The translations under genes were made by a program, and so were the position numbers. The notes beneath the pieces are model-generated. The model worked only from the letters and a program-made list of their open reading frames with translations. It was not told the origin of the DNA and made no database searches. Shown in pieces: positions 26,636-28,879 of a DNA stretch of 28,879 nt. The stretch's first letter is position 1. Every line of letters starts with the position of its first letter. The stretch comes from a virus. Lineage: Duplodnaviria; Caudoviricetes. The stretch covers positions 1 to 28,879 of the IMG/VR virus record IMGVR_UViG_3300037465_000444. One strand, given 5' to 3'.

Positions 26636-26892
26636 AAAGAAGAACGCTATTGCTCGTCACGCTGCTGCTATCGGTTCCGGCGTGCCCGCTCGCCGTCTCG
26701 GCCGGGCCGTGGGGCCCGCCGCGCGTGTACCAGCCGGACTACCGGCGGCATTTGCCGGTCGCACAGTACCCGACGTAGTAGCCGCCGGCGTCGTAGCACT
26801 ATCCGCTATACAACCGACCGCCGCAACCCGCGTGTTACGTCGTCGTGGCCGTCTACGTTCAACCAGCCCGCTGCTATTGCTGTGGGCGATAA
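26632..26892 (+). pseudogene. Signal-peptide Pro/Tyr-rich small protein with three in-frame TAG codons (26776, 26779, 26794)
   Basis: MKRRTLLLVTLLLSVPACPLAVSA-GPWGPPRVYQPDYRRHLPVAQYPT**PPAS*HYPLYNRPPQPACYVVVAVYVQPARCYCCGR; ATGA overlap at the start; TAA just before the next gene. Confidence 0.65.
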
Positions 26893-26904
26893 GGGGTTTT
26901 CCGT

Positions 26905-27186
26905 GTGTCGGACATGGTCAAGCAACAGCAACCGCACGATGACGTGCTGGAGTGGCGTGTGACTCAATTAGAGCACAACCAGTCGAGATTCAACGACGCG
27001 ATGGAGCGCCACTTCGACGCCGACGACAAGATGGCTAAAAAGATCGACTCGCAATTACACGCCATCAACCTACGGCTGGAGCGCCTGGGCGTGGGCAACT
27101 CGGCGCTGATAAAAATCGGCGAATGGTTCGTGCTCGCCGCGCTCGCTGTAGGCAGCGGCATGGTTACGTCGTGGGTAACACAATGA
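26905..27186 (+). CDS. Coiled-coil protein with C-terminal TM segment (holin/XhlA-like)
   Basis: LEWRVTQLE heptads; WFVLAALAVGSGMVTSWV. Confidence 0.6.
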   Translation: MSDMVKQQQPHDDVLEWRVTQLEHNQSRFNDAMERHFDADDKMAKKIDSQLHAINLRLERLGVGNSALIKIGEWFVLAALAVGSGMVTSWVTQ

Positions 27187-27374
27187 GGCGACAGTTTTTG
27201 GCGTTTAAGAACCGGCCGCGCAAGTTCTCGACTAGGAAGTTCGAGACGACGATTGCCGGCCCGGACGGACGCCCGCAAACGGCGCTCGTGAAGATTAACT
27301 GGCAGACGCTCAAGCTGTCGTGTGATAAGCCGGGCGTGCTAAAGCGACGCGGCAACCCGACGTTGATGATTTAA
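27183..27374 (+). CDS. Small basic hypothetical protein
   Basis: ATGA overlap; stop adjacent to the next ATG. Confidence 0.5.
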   Translation: MRRQFLAFKNRPRKFSTRKFETTIAGPDGRPQTALVKINWQTLKLSCDKPGVLKRRGNPTLMI

Positions 27375-27375
27375 C

Positions 27376-27801
27376 ATGGCGCGCACGACATCGGCCAACG
27401 TGACGGCGATCCTGGTGACGGATAAGAACTACGACGGCGCTACGTCGCTGACGGCGTTCATCGACACGGCGACGGCGCTGGTCGACGAGGTGGTCGCGTG
27501 CGCCGCGAAGCGGGGAACCACGCTTTCGGCGACGCTCCTGGAGCTGATCGAACGCTGGCTGGCGGCTCACTTTTATGCTCACGCCGACCCGCTTTACACC
27601 AGCCGCTCTACGCAGGGAGCGTCGGGCAGTTTCCAGGGGCAAACGGGGATGCACTTGGAGAGCACGCAATACGGGCAGACGGCGATGGTGCTGGACACGT
27701 CGCGCTGCTTGGCGGCGATCAACAAGGGCGGATCGAAAATCGGGGTTGTCTGGCTAGGCAAGCCCCGCAGCGAGCAGACCGACTACGTGGACAGGGACTA
27801 G
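27376..27801 (+). CDS. Head-tail connector/adaptor
   Basis: FIDTATALVD, IERWLAAHF, L.ST.YGQ.A..LD; first neck gene. Confidence 0.72.
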   Translation: MARTTSANVTAILVTDKNYDGATSLTAFIDTATALVDEVVACAAKRGTTLSATLLELIERWLAAHFYAHADPLYTSRSTQGASGSFQGQTGMHLESTQYGQTAMVLDTSRCLAAINKGGSKIGVVWLGKPRSEQTDYVDRD

Positions 27802-27807
27802 ACAACG

Positions 27808-28179
27808 ATGCCGGCCTTGGAATCAGCTTGGCGATACCAGAAGGCGGTACTCTGGGAACGGAGCACGGCCGTGGCCGACGACTACGGCGAGGCCAAGGTC
27901 AAGGCGGCCGTCGAGATCGCCGTACGCTGGGAGGAGGGGCGGCGCGATCCGCTTAGCCCGCAGGAAAACGCGCTGGCTTACGATGCGCGGGTCGTGGTCG
28001 GGCAGAAGGTGTTGCCCGGCAGCGTGCTCTGGTTGGGCGCGCTGGCGACGTTGCCCTCGCCGCTCGTGGATTTGTTCACGGTTACGAGCTACAGCGAGAC
28101 GCCGGACGTAAAGAACCGCAACGTGCGCCGGCAGGTGGACCTGGTGCGGCGGTCGGATTCGCTGCCCACGTTGGAGTGA
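27808..28179 (+). CDS. Head closure (stopper) protein
   Basis: DDYGE, VRWEE; size and position after the adaptor. Confidence 0.6.
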   Translation: MPALESAWRYQKAVLWERSTAVADDYGEAKVKAAVEIAVRWEEGRRDPLSPQENALAYDARVVVGQKVLPGSVLWLGALATLPSPLVDLFTVTSYSETPDVKNRNVRRQVDLVRRSDSLPTLE

Positions 28180-28182
28180 ACG

Positions 28183-28584
28183 ATGCCCAAGGTCGAAGGG
28201 ATCGTGGCGCTAAAGGCGAAGCTCAAGCGGCTGGCCGCTAAGCACGGCCGGCCGTCGGTGGCGGTAGGCTACACGGCGCACTACGCAATCTACGTGCACG
28301 AAAACCTAGAGATGGCCCTCCGCGGGCAACCGCGCCCGCGCGGGCGGGGCAACTACTGGGACCCGCCCGGCCGCGGTCAGTCGAAGTTCTTGGAGCAGCC
28401 GGCGCGCGAGCTGGGGCCGGAGCTGCGACGGATGATCGCGCAGGGTGTAGCTAGCGGCTTGCTACTGGGCAAGGCTCTCTACGCCGCCGGTTTGCGGCTG
28501 CAGCGGGCCTCGCAGGAGCTGGTCCCCGTCGACACGGGGAACCTCAAGGCGTCGGCGTACACGGCGTTGGAGGACGAGAAGTAA
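28183..28584 (+). CDS. HK97 gp10-like neck/tail-completion protein
   Basis: YAIYVHE, KFLE.P, VPVDTGNLKAS. Confidence 0.7.
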   Translation: MPKVEGIVALKAKLKRLAAKHGRPSVAVGYTAHYAIYVHENLEMALRGQPRPRGRGNYWDPPGRGQSKFLEQPARELGPELRRMIAQGVASGLLLGKALYAAGLRLQRASQELVPVDTGNLKASAYTALEDEK

Positions 28585-28585
28585 G

Positions 28586-28879
28586 ATGCCCGGCAACCTG
28601 GACCACTCGCCGGCCGACGTGCTGCGCCGCGTACTCATAGCGATCGGCGTGGGCTCCGATCCGGCCCTGGGCGGAAGCTGGCCGGTGTTCGCGGCCGGCG
28701 AGCCGGACAAGCCGGACTCGGCGATCACGGTCTACGATACGGCGGGCACGCAGCAGGGCCGCACGCACACCGACGGCGAGGTGCAGGAGCACCATGGCGT
28801 ACAGGTTCGAGTCCGGGCGGCCTCGCACTCGGCCGGCTACGCCAAGGCCCGCGATGTGGCCGTAGCGCTGGACCGGGAT
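28586..28879 (+). CDS. Tail terminator / minor capsid family protein (3' truncated; absent from the ORF track)
   Basis: MPGNLDHSPADVL...EPDKPDSAITVYDTAG...GVQVRVRA...GYAKA; SD GGAGG; open to the window end. Confidence 0.7.
   Translation, partial: MPGNLDHSPADVLRRVLIAIGVGSDPALGGSWPVFAAGEPDKPDSAITVYDTAGTQQGRTHTDGEVQEHHGVQVRVRAASHSAGYAKARDVAVALDRD

Noticed and set aside
26682-26942. Track ORF MPARRLGRAVG as the real gene in this gap
   Set aside because: No SD or coupling; the TAG-interrupted frame from 26632 has a signal peptide and fits the gap better.
1-28879. Genome-wide TAG reassignment (genetic code 15)
   Set aside because: TAG ends several genes right before the next SD or start (4704, 12614, 27801), reading through 4704 would give a long overlap, and the core genes contain no internal TAG.
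1-28879. tRNA (including amber suppressor), integrase or att sites
   Set aside because: None recognisable in the few intergenic gaps; lifestyle and host cannot be determined from this window.

Overview
High-GC tailed dsDNA phage or prophage segment, almost all on the + strand. Left arm (1-10178) is replication and DNA modification: family A DNA polymerase, Zn/TOPRIM primase, MCM-like AAA+ ATPase, three DNA amino-methyltransferase genes, a ParB-like protein, a TAGT/GREB1-type glycosyltransferase and a UDG-superfamily protein. After an AT-rich spacer come a candidate terS, a terL split into ATPase and nuclease ORFs, and a secreted/membrane cassette (trypsin-like protease, small membrane proteins, permuted NlpC/P60, SNase). 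The head module follows (portal, 1077-aa MuF protein, DUF2213-type protease/scaffold, decoration protein, encapsulin-like capsid, fibre), then neck genes. Main observations: (1) the MuF protein looks like a polyprotein in which a repeated N[17 protein letters not shown] tag precedes cargo domains, one of them a sigma-70 factor, suggesting a virion-delivered sigma factor released by an Asn-specific prohead protease; (2) three otherwise intact genes carry eight in-frame TAG codons, in a genome that appears to show CpA-to-TpA drift; (3) the secreted protease has an in-frame TGA followed by a SECIS-like hairpin. All family calls come from motif recognition by eye, not database searches.
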